A stretch of DNA of 44,465 nt from an uncultured Sphingomonas sp. GTDB lineage: Bacteria > Pseudomonadota > Alphaproteobacteria > Sphingomonadales > Sphingomonadaceae. The position numbers were made by a program, and so were the translations under genes. Within the stretch, counting starts at the first letter, position 1. Every line of letters starts with the position of its first letter. Shown in pieces: positions 1 through 7,418 of the stretch. The notes beneath the pieces were generated by a model, which saw only the letters and a program-made list of their open reading frames with translations, ran no database searches and had not been told where the DNA came from. The stretch lies in assembly GCA_964247555.1 (NCBI GenBank), contig CAXTVB010000001.1, positions 1 through 44,465 of the forward strand, in the 5' to 3' direction.

Positions 1-417
1 GTCATGGACCATTCGATCAAGACGCATCATCACGAGGAGGAAAGCGCGCATGGCACGCTGACCAGCCTCGCCGACGCGTTGCCCGCACTCGGCATCGTCG
101 CCGCAGTGCTGGGCGTCGTTAAGACGATGGGCTCGATCGACAAGCCGCCGACGATCCTGGGCGCGATGATCGGCTCGGCCTTGGTCGGCACGTTCATGGG
201 CGTGCTGCTGGCGTACGGTATGGTCGCGCCGCTCGCGAACCGGTTGCGCCAGGTGCTGGACGCGGACGCCGCGATCTACGGCGTGGTGAAGCAGATCATC
301 ATCGCCTCGCTCCACGGCCATCCGCAGCCGCTGGTGATCGAGGCCGCGCGCTCGGGCATCGCCCATAAGAACCAGCCGGGCTTCGCCGAAGTGTTCGACG
401 GCCTCAGGGGTAGGTAG
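1..417 (+). CDS. motA: Flagellar motor stator protein MotA (3' part, truncated by window edge)
   Basis: LPALGIVAAVLG and ALVGTFMGVLLAYG TM motifs of MotA; directly upstream of motB; frame is open to position 1. Confidence 0.93.
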   Translation, partial: VMDHSIKTHHHEEESAHGTLTSLADALPALGIVAAVLGVVKTMGSIDKPPTILGAMIGSALVGTFMGVLLAYGMVAPLANRLRQVLDADAAIYGVVKQIIIASLHGHPQPLVIEAARSGIAHKNQPGFAEVFDGLRGR

Positions 418-419
418 GG

Positions 420-1325
420 ATGGCTGCGCGCGCTCCGCACGGGACGAACCAGCCCCCGAAGATCATCGTCAAGAAAATCTATATCGAGGGCCATGGCGGG
501 CATCATGGCGGTGCCTGGAAGGTCGCCTATGCCGATTTCGTGACCGCGATGATGGCCTTCTTCCTCTTGCTGTGGATCCTGGGCGCCACGACCGAGAAGC
601 AGCGCAAGGGGATCGCCGACTATTTCGCGCCGACGCTGATCGATACGCGCACGCTGGGCATCGGCGGCGCGGGACCCGCGGGTGGCGATTCGCTGCTGGC
701 GCAGAGCACGGTCGGCCCGCACACGTCCAAATCGGCGTTCCAGGCGATCGCCGCGCCCGTCGCCAATAGCGGCGGTACGGAGACCGGTGCCCGTGCGGCG
801 GACGTCGGCAAGGCGCGCGCCGCGATGGCGGCGGAGGACCGCAAGAATTTCGAGGCTATGCGCCGCCATGTGCTGGAACAGATCAGCGGTTCCGCGACGC
901 TGTCGAAGCTCGCGAACCACGTGCATTTCGTGCAGACGCGCGACGGCATGCGGATCGACCTGATCGACGACGCCAATTATTCGATGTTTCCGCTCGGGAC
1001 GACCGCGCTCGATTCGAAGGCGGGATCGCTGATCTCGCTGATCGCTGGATCGATCCAGGGCATGACCAATCCGATCATGATCCGCGGCCATACCGACAGC
1101 GTGCCCTATGGCGATCCGCGCGCGATGAACAACTGGATGCTGTCGTCGGGCCGGGCCGAGGCGACGCGCCGGCAATTGGCGCTGGGCGGCATCCCCGAAC
1201 CGCGGTTCGAACGGATCGAAGGCGTCGCGGACCGCGAGCCGATGATCGAGAAGGACCCCGCCGATCCGCGCAACCGGCGCGTGGCGATCACGTTGCTCTA
1301 CCGGCCGGGGGTCTTCGGCCAATAG
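420..1325 (+). CDS. motB: Flagellar motor protein MotB
   Basis: HHGGAWKVAYADFVTAMMAFFLLLW with the conserved Asp; OmpA-like C-terminus (GHTD...NWMLSSGRA...NRRV). Confidence 0.95.
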   Translation: MAARAPHGTNQPPKIIVKKIYIEGHGGHHGGAWKVAYADFVTAMMAFFLLLWILGATTEKQRKGIADYFAPTLIDTRTLGIGGAGPAGGDSLLAQSTVGPHTSKSAFQAIAAPVANSGGTETGARAADVGKARAAMAAEDRKNFEAMRRHVLEQISGSATLSKLANHVHFVQTRDGMRIDLIDDANYSMFPLGTTALDSKAGSLISLIAGSIQGMTNPIMIRGHTDSVPYGDPRAMNNWMLSSGRAEATRRQLALGGIPEPRFERIEGVADREPMIEKDPADPRNRRVAITLLYRPGVFGQ

Positions 1326-1331
1326 TTAGAG

Positions 1332-1361
1332 GCGCGGGCGGCGGCGGACCGCCACCCGCGC
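1332..1361. terminator. GC-rich hairpin between convergent motB and mucR
   Basis: gcgcgggcggcgg-cgga-ccgccacccgcgc imperfect inverted repeat; no U-tract. Confidence 0.5.
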
Positions 1362-1368
1362 GTCGGGG

Positions 1369-1860
1369 TCAGGCGGTCGTCTCTTCCGCCTTGGCCTTGC
1401 GCTTGGCGGCCGCCGGGGCCGTCTCGCCCTTGCGCTGGCCGGGCTTGCGACCAAGGCCGATCTTCTTCGCCATCGCGCGACGGCTTTCGGAATAGGTTTC
1501 GGCGACCATCGGATAATCCGACTTCAAACCATAGCGTTCGCGATATTCGACGGGGGTCATGCCGTGCGTCGACAAGTGCCGACGCAGCGTCTTGTACGGC
1601 TTCCCGTCGATCATCGAGATGATATGATCCTTCGATGCCAACGACTTGCGGGCGGAAACCGCAGGCGTGTACTCGGTCGCGGCTTCGCTGATCGGTGCGG
1701 CACCGGTTGCGCCAAGCAGCGCGGAGACCGTATCGTGCATCTTGCCAAGAAACGCGGGTACTTCGTCCGCGGAGATACGCGTGTTGGGGTTGCCGAGCCA
1801 CGCGATCGTCAATTCGGTCGCCAGTTCGACGGCGTTCGTGTCGGTCATCTCTTCGCTCAT
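1369..1860 (-). CDS. mucR: Ros/MucR family transcriptional regulator
   Basis: PAVSARKS...IISMIDGKPYKTLRRHL...YRERYGLKSDYPMVAETYSESRRAMAKKIGLG signature; GGAG RBS before the ATG at 1860 (1863 is an alternative). Confidence 0.93.
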   Translation of the reverse strand: MSEEMTDTNAVELATELTIAWLGNPNTRISADEVPAFLGKMHDTVSALLGATGAAPISEAATEYTPAVSARKSLASKDHIISMIDGKPYKTLRRHLSTHGMTPVEYRERYGLKSDYPMVAETYSESRRAMAKKIGLGRKPGQRKGETAPAAAKRKAKAEETTA

Positions 1861-2114
1861 CATCGTCTCCATTTGAATAAGCAACGACCTAGCAAGCGCG
1901 CGTCATGCGTCAACGGGAAAACATCGGATTTGATAAATAACCCGTCGATCAGTCTTCCCGCGCATACGTCCTGGCAGACCCGACGACGTGACCGGCGGGG
2001 GTTGAACGGGGCGTGGGAAGACGTCGGAAACTTGACCGACCGTGCCCGGGGAAGATTTCGCGGGCGATGAATTGTGTACTGGATTCCGATCAATCGCATC
2101 GCCATCTGGGACGT

Positions 2115-2786
2115 ATGAACAAGATCGTCATCCCCGCTATCGCCGCCGCCGCGCTTGTTGGCGTCGCCGCTTTCTCCACCGGCACGCAAGCCGCCGAACA
2201 TGCGGTGCCGCTTCCGAAATCGACGGTCGACGTTCCCGCCGGGGCCGGCCTGCAGACCGCCGTGTTCGCCGGCGGCTGTTTTTGGGGAATGGAGGCGGTG
2301 TTCGAACATGTGAGGGGCGTGAAGGCGATCACCGCCGGCTATGCGGGCGGCACGTCCGGCGACGCGACCTACGAGCGGGTGTCGAGCGAGACGACGCGCC
2401 ATGCCGAGGCGATCCGGATCGTCTACGATCCGCACGTCGTCAGCTACGCGACCTTGTTGCGGGTGAATTTCTCCGTCGCGCAGGATCCGACCGAACTGAA
2501 CCGCCAGGGCCCCGACAGCGGTAACAGCTACCGCTCCGCGATCTTCCCGCAAAGCGCAGCCCAGGCGCAGATCGCGAAGGCCTATATCGCGCAGCTGGGC
2601 GCGGCGCATGCGTTCCCCAAACCGATCGTGACGCGGATCGAGAGCGGCGGCTTCTATCCGGCCGAGGCGTATCACCAGCATTTCTACGACAAGAACCCGA
2701 CGCATCCGTACATCATGATGTGGGACAAACCGAAGGTCGCCGCGTTCAAGGCGGCGTATCCGGCGCTGGCGTTGCCGACGCCATAG
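2115..2786 (+). CDS. msrA: Peptide-methionine (S)-S-oxide reductase MsrA with N-terminal signal peptide
   Basis: FAGGCFWG active site, RQGPD, YRSAIF, FYPAEAYHQ; signal-like MNKIVIPAIAAAALVGVAAF. Confidence 0.93.
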   Translation: MNKIVIPAIAAAALVGVAAFSTGTQAAEHAVPLPKSTVDVPAGAGLQTAVFAGGCFWGMEAVFEHVRGVKAITAGYAGGTSGDATYERVSSETTRHAEAIRIVYDPHVVSYATLLRVNFSVAQDPTELNRQGPDSGNSYRSAIFPQSAAQAQIAKAYIAQLGAAHAFPKPIVTRIESGGFYPAEAYHQHFYDKNPTHPYIMMWDKPKVAAFKAAYPALALPTP

Positions 2787-2802
2787 GGCAGGCACTACCC
2801 TC

Positions 2803-2883
2803 TTCGTTACTCTGGCGTGACCCGGGGCTCCCCTTCTAATGCGCCCAAGAAGCGGGACCCCGGCTCAGGACCGGGGTGACGAA
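2803..2883. repeat. Palindromic intergenic repeat (REPIN-like, family A)
   Basis: ttcgttac...gtgacgaa ends with internal ccccgg-ctcagga-ccgggg hairpin; between convergent msrA and pdeM; resembles the 11921 and 22024 copies. Confidence 0.65.
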
Positions 2884-2908
2884 CGATGGTCATGATCGCA
2901 AATTGCGT

Positions 2909-3571
2909 TCACGCCGCGATGGGGAAGCGCAGCATCCGGTCGGCGACGGGGATCAGCGCTTCCGCCCGCTGACCGACCGCGCGGACGATCTCGGGGTGGT
3001 CAACGTCCAGCCCGCCGGTCAGCGCGCCGAACGCCGGCAGGATCAGCTTGGTGTCGGTCGCGACGAAACATCGCCGCGCGACCTGCTTGCCGCGGACCCG
3101 CACGCGCAGCTTCGGGTGGTAATGGCCCGATAGTTCGCAGCGCGGTTCGTCCGGCTGCGCTTCGTGGCGAAGGACCAGTCCGTCGACGACCGCCTCGTCC
3201 ACCACCGCGCCGCCGCAGCGATCGACCATGTGCGGATCGTGGTTGCCCGTGATCCAGGTCCAGCGCGTCGCGGCGGTCATCGCCGTCAGCATGTCGCGTG
3301 CGCGCACCGGCAGCCGGTCGCACCCGTCGATGTCGTGGAAGCTGTCGCCGAGGCACCAGACCTCCTCGGCCCCCGATGCGGCGACCAGCGCGGTCAGATC
3401 GGCGAGCGTGGCGATCGAGTCATAGGGGGGCAGCATCTGGCCGCCGCGGGCGAACCAGCTCGCTTTCTCGAAATGCAGGTCGGCGACCAGCATCGCGCGC
3501 CGCGCAGGCCAGAACAGCGCACCCTGGGGCAGCGCCAGCAACGAATGACCGCCGAACGAAAAGGGAACCAT
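2909..3571 (-). CDS. pdeM: Ligase-associated DNA damage response metallophosphoesterase/endonuclease
   Basis: Calcineurin-like motifs ADLHFEK, PPYDS, LGDSFHD, GNHD, RHE, SGHYHPK, PAFGALTGGL; start trimmed to MVPFSFGG. Confidence 0.88.
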   Translation of the reverse strand: MVPFSFGGHSLLALPQGALFWPARRAMLVADLHFEKASWFARGGQMLPPYDSIATLADLTALVAASGAEEVWCLGDSFHDIDGCDRLPVRARDMLTAMTAATRWTWITGNHDPHMVDRCGGAVVDEAVVDGLVLRHEAQPDEPRCELSGHYHPKLRVRVRGKQVARRCFVATDTKLILPAFGALTGGLDVDHPEIVRAVGQRAEALIPVADRMLRFPIAA

Positions 3572-3674
3572 CCCCGCGCCATGCCGCCCGCGGAGTCCCG
3601 GCGCAAGCCCCGCTGGTCTTGGCCGTGCGATGCAGGTACAGCGCGCCGTTCTCCTACAGGGTCGTTTCACGCAC

Positions 3675-5636
3675 ATGTCGCTCGCCAGCGCTACCGACGC
3701 CGCCGCATCGCCGTCGCTTGCCGATGACGGCCACGGCCATCCGCGTCCGGCGATGGCGGCGCTGACGATCGGCGCGATCGGGGTGGTGTTCGGCGATATC
3801 GGCACCAGCCCGCTCTATGCCTTCCGCGATGCGTTGACCCCGGCGGCGGGGGACGGGATCGATCCGTCGGAAATCCTCGGCGTGCTCAGCCTCGCCTTGT
3901 GGGCACTCTTCCTGGTCGTGACGGTCAAATACGTCCTGTTCCTGATGCGCGCGGACAATCAGGGGGAGGGCGGCGTGTTGGCGCTGACCGCGCTCGCTAG
4001 GCGGGCGCTCGGCTGGCGATCGCGCACCGCGTTGCTGCTGGGCGCGGCGGGGGCGGCGCTGTTCTACGGCGATGCCATCATCACCCCCGCGCTGTCGGTG
4101 CTGTCCGCGGTGGAGGGGATGCAGACCATCCCGTCCACCGCGGCGTTCTTCGACCAGAACACGGTGCTGACGGTGACGATCGTCATCCTGGTCGGGCTGT
4201 TCGCGATCCAGTCGCGCGGGACCGCGGACATCTCGCGGATGTTCGGGCCGGTGTGCATTCTGTGGTTCCTGACGATCGGCGCGCTGGGCCTGTGGCACAT
4301 CGCCGACGAGCCTTCGATCTTCCGCGTCCTCATCCCGACTTACGGCATCCACCTGCTGCTGACGCACGGCGTCACCGGATTGTTCGTGCTGGGCGCGGTG
4401 TTCCTGACCGTCACCGGCGCGGAGGCGCTGACCGCGGACATGGGGCATTTCGGGATCAAGCCGATCCGGATCGGCTGGTTCTTCCTCGTTGCGCCCGCTT
4501 TGGTCCTCAACTATCTCGGCCAGGGCGCGTTCGCGCTCGCGGCGCTGGAACGCGCGAAGGCGGGGCATGTCGCGTTCGTCAACCAGAGCTGGTTCTTCCT
4601 GATGGCGCCCGAAAGCGTGCGCGGCTTCCTGATCGTGCTGGCTGGCTTTGCGACGATCATCGCCAGCCAGGCGGTCATCACCGGGGCCTATTCGCTGACG
4701 CAGCAGGCGATCCAGCTGGGCCTCCTGCCGCGGCTGCGAATCCGCAACACCTCGGCGGCGAGTTCGGGGCAGATCTACCTGCCCGCGATCAACTGGCTAC
4801 TGCTGATCGGAGTGCTGGTCCTGGTCGTCGAATTCCGCACCTCGTCGGCGATGGCTGCGGCGTACGGGATTGCCGTCACGGGGACGATGGTGGTGACGAC
4901 GTGCCTTGCCTATGTCGTGGTGCGCCACCGGTGGAGCTGGGGCCGGCCGCTGGCGATCGCGGTGATCCTGCCGTTCCTGACGCTGGACCTGATCTTTTTC
5001 GGCGCCAATATTCTGCGCGTGGTCGAGGGCGGCTGGGTGCCGCTGGTCGTCGCGGCCGCGATCGGGCTCGTGATCTACACCTGGGTGCGCGGCAAATCGA
5101 TCGTCGGCGCGTTCGAGCGGCAGCAGAGCATCCCGCTGATCGACCTCGCCGCCGCACTCGCCAAGCGGCCACCCGAACGCGTCGAGGGCGTCGCGGTGTT
5201 CCTGACCGGCAATCCGGAGGCGGCGCCGGGCGCACTGCTCCACAATCTGAAGCACAACAAGGTGCTGCACGAGCGCAACCTGATCGTCAGCATCCGTACC
5301 GCCGACCGCCCGGTCGTCGATCCGGAGAAGCGCGGGACCGGCGAGCGGATCGACGACAATTTCAGCCGGATCGTGCTGACCTACGGCTTCATGGAAACGC
5401 CCGACGTGCCGCGCGACCTGGGACTGGGGGCGAAGCGCGCCAATCGCGAACTCGACCCGATGAAGACCAGCTTCTTCATCGGCCGCAACACGCTGAAGGC
5501 GGGCGCGGACAAGGGCATGCCATTGTGGCAGGACCGGATCTTCATGTTCCTGCAGCGCAACGCCAGCGACCCGACGGACTTCCTGAAGATCCCGCCGGGC
5601 AAGGTGCTGGAACTGGGCGAGCAAGTCACGGTGTGA
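3675..5636 (+). CDS. kup: KUP system potassium uptake protein
   Basis: GVVFGDIGTSPLY, DNQGEGG, GDAIITPALSVLSAVEG, GAEALTADMGHF, NLKHNKVLHE. Confidence 0.96.
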   Translation: MSLASATDAAASPSLADDGHGHPRPAMAALTIGAIGVVFGDIGTSPLYAFRDALTPAAGDGIDPSEILGVLSLALWALFLVVTVKYVLFLMRADNQGEGGVLALTALARRALGWRSRTALLLGAAGAALFYGDAIITPALSVLSAVEGMQTIPSTAAFFDQNTVLTVTIVILVGLFAIQSRGTADISRMFGPVCILWFLTIGALGLWHIADEPSIFRVLIPTYGIHLLLTHGVTGLFVLGAVFLTVTGAEALTADMGHFGIKPIRIGWFFLVAPALVLNYLGQGAFALAALERAKAGHVAFVNQSWFFLMAPESVRGFLIVLAGFATIIASQAVITGAYSLTQQAIQLGLLPRLRIRNTSAASSGQIYLPAINWLLLIGVLVLVVEFRTSSAMAAAYGIAVTGTMVVTTCLAYVVVRHRWSWGRPLAIAVILPFLTLDLIFFGANILRVVEGGWVPLVVAAAIGLVIYTWVRGKSIVGAFERQQSIPLIDLAAALAKRPPERVEGVAVFLTGNPEAAPGALLHNLKHNKVLHERNLIVSIRTADRPVVDPEKRGTGERIDDNFSRIVLTYGFMETPDVPRDLGLGAKRANRELDPMKTSFFIGRNTLKAGADKGMPLWQDRIFMFLQRNASDPTDFLKIPPGKVLELGEQVTV

Positions 5637-5647
5637 AGCCGAAATTG

Positions 5648-5666
5648 CTCCCCGCGAGCGGGGAGG
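5648..5666. repeat. Short hairpin, remnant of family D repeat or terminator
   Basis: ctccccgc-ga-gcggggagg; resembles the arm of the 24263 element; between convergent genes. Confidence 0.45.
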
Positions 5667-5678
5667 AATCGTGGTACG

Positions 5679-5915
5679 CTACTTCCCCACCGACTGGCTC
5701 ACCACGACGGGTACGCGGCAGCCCCCGAACGTACGCACCACCGCCAGGCCGCGCTGCGCAGCGGGTTCGCGGTTGAGGGGGTGGACCGTCGGCGCGGCGT
5801 CGTCGGCGACAGGGGACGTCTCCGTCTTCAGACAGACCGGCTTCGCATCGGGCTGGGGCGGCACCCGGTCGGCGGGAGCGGCGGCGATTAGCAGTACGGC
5901 GATCAGGACGGACAT
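5679..5915 (-). CDS. Small exported hypothetical protein (2 Cys)
   Basis: Signal-like MSVLIAVLLIAAAPA; follows udg on the same strand; GGAG upstream. Confidence 0.65.
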   Translation of the reverse strand: MSVLIAVLLIAAAPADRVPPQPDAKPVCLKTETSPVADDAAPTVHPLNREPAAQRGLAVVRTFGGCRVPVVVSQSVGK

Positions 5916-5943
5916 CACATTCTCCCAACGATGCGGCGCGCGC

Positions 5944-6609
5944 TCAGGCCAGGTCGGCCCGCACTTCCAGTGCCCGTGCGAAGACCGCCTCGAACATCGC
6001 GGCGGTCAGGCGCCCGGTGTTCGTGTTGTAGCGCGAGCAATGATAGCTGTCGATCAGCACCTGTCCGCCCGGCATCCGGTGTTCCGCCAGATGCCCGAAC
6101 TTCGCCTTGGGCAGCCGGCCGCCCAGCACCTTGACCGCGGACTGGTGCGCGATCTGGCCGAGTGCCACAAAGACGCGCGCGTTCGGCAGCGCCGCCGCCT
6201 GGCCCTCCAGGAACGGGCGGCAGGTGCGGATTTCCTCGGGCGTGGGCTTGTTCTGCGGTGGTAGGCATTTGACCGCGTTGATGATGATCGCGCCGTCCAG
6301 CGCCAGATCGTCGTCGGGCGTCGCCGCGTAGGTGCCATGCGACAGGCCGAACTTCGCGAGCGTTTCGAACAGGAGCACGCCCGCATAATCGCCGGTGAAC
6401 GGCCGCCCGGTGCGGTTCGCGCCGTGCTTGCCGGGAGCCAGGCCGACGATCGCGAGCCAGGCATCCGGGTCGCCGAACGCATTGACGGGGGCGTTCCACC
6501 AGTCGGGATATTCGACGCGCAGTTCCTCGCGGAACGCAACGAGGCGGGGGCAGCGCGGGCAGTCGCGCGGCGGTTCGGTGGCGGGGATGGGGGAGGATGC
6601 GAACGGCAT
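5944..6609 (-). CDS. udg: Uracil-DNA glycosylase, family 5 (UdgB-like, Fe-S)
   Basis: CPRCPRL, GLAPGKHGANRTGRPFTGD, KCLPPQNKP, YHCSRYNTNTG. Confidence 0.92.
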   Translation of the reverse strand: MPFASSPIPATEPPRDCPRCPRLVAFREELRVEYPDWWNAPVNAFGDPDAWLAIVGLAPGKHGANRTGRPFTGDYAGVLLFETLAKFGLSHGTYAATPDDDLALDGAIIINAVKCLPPQNKPTPEEIRTCRPFLEGQAAALPNARVFVALGQIAHQSAVKVLGGRLPKAKFGHLAEHRMPGGQVLIDSYHCSRYNTNTGRLTAAMFEAVFARALEVRADLA

Positions 6610-6631
6610 CCGCTTGCGCTACGCGTCGGCC

Positions 6632-7108
6632 GTGGAGACGACAACCTATGCGATCGCGCTCGGTGCGAATCGACGAAGCCGGGCCGGGTCGCCGGAGGCG
6701 GCGATCGACATGGCATTGGCGGCGATCGGTGGCATCGTCGCGGTGTCGCCCGTGGTCCGCAGCGCCCCGATCGGCCCGTCGATCCGGCGTTTCGCCAATG
6801 CGGTCGCCATCGTCCGGTCGACCGAGCCACCACCTATGTTACTCGCGCGGCTGAAAAGCATCGAGCGGATGCTGGGCCGGCGGCGCGGACGACGCTGGGG
6901 CGCTCGGCCGATCGACCTCGACATCGTGCTGTGGTCGGGGGGTATCTGGGCCGGGCCGGCGTTGTCTATCCCGCATATGGCGTTTCGTCAGCGAGCGTTC
7001 GTGCTCGCCCCACTGGCGCATATCGCACCCGATTGGCGCGATCCGCTGACCGGCCGCACGATGCGCCACCTCGCACACGCGGTTGACCAACGACGGCCGC
7101 GGACCTAG
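6632..7108 (+). CDS. folK: 2-amino-4-hydroxy-6-hydroxymethyldihydropteridine diphosphokinase
   Basis: IALGAN, FANAV, IERMLGR, WGARPIDLDI, IPH...RAFVLAPL; GTG start inferred. Confidence 0.9.
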   Translation: METTTYAIALGANRRSRAGSPEAAIDMALAAIGGIVAVSPVVRSAPIGPSIRRFANAVAIVRSTEPPPMLLARLKSIERMLGRRRGRRWGARPIDLDIVLWSGGIWAGPALSIPHMAFRQRAFVLAPLAHIAPDWRDPLTGRTMRHLAHAVDQRRPRT

Positions 7109-7125
7109 GCGACACCGTTTGGTGC

Positions 7126-7201
7126 GGGTCCGTAGCTCAGTCGGTAGAGCAAGCGACTTTTAATCGAGAGGTCCCGGGTTCGAGCCCCGGCGGACCCACC
7201 A
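7126..7201 (+). tRNA. tRNA-Lys (anticodon TTT)
   Basis: Acceptor GGGTCCG/CGGACCC, D-stem GCTC/GAGC, anticodon loop CTTTTAA, T-arm CCGGG-TTCGAGC-CCCGG, encoded CCA; 76 nt. Confidence 0.95.
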
Positions 7202-7242
7202 AGCTTGGCGTTTTGCCCTTGCTCCCTTTCTTACCCTCCCAT

Positions 7243-7352
7243 CGCGGCCGCCCGGCGAAGCTCGGGGTTCAGGTGCCATGGTCGATGTCACGGAAAGCAC
7301 CGCGCCGTCGCATGAAGCTAGCACCTGGGCCCCTCCCTTCGCTGGGGTGGCG
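7243..7352. repeat. Degenerate palindromic repeat (family B, cccggcgaag type)
   Basis: Left arm cccggcgaag...ttcaggtgc pairs with right arm gcacctgg...cttcgctggg. Confidence 0.55.
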
Positions 7353-7418
7353 TACAGGGGGAATGCACCTCCCACTTCCCAACACCCAACCTTAACCGCG
7401 GCGGCGGTACACCGCGGC

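Noticed and set aside
2090-2116. ECF-type promoter TCAATC-N16-CGTAT before msrA
   Set aside because: The putative -10 overlaps the ATG, which is incompatible with the signal-peptide start
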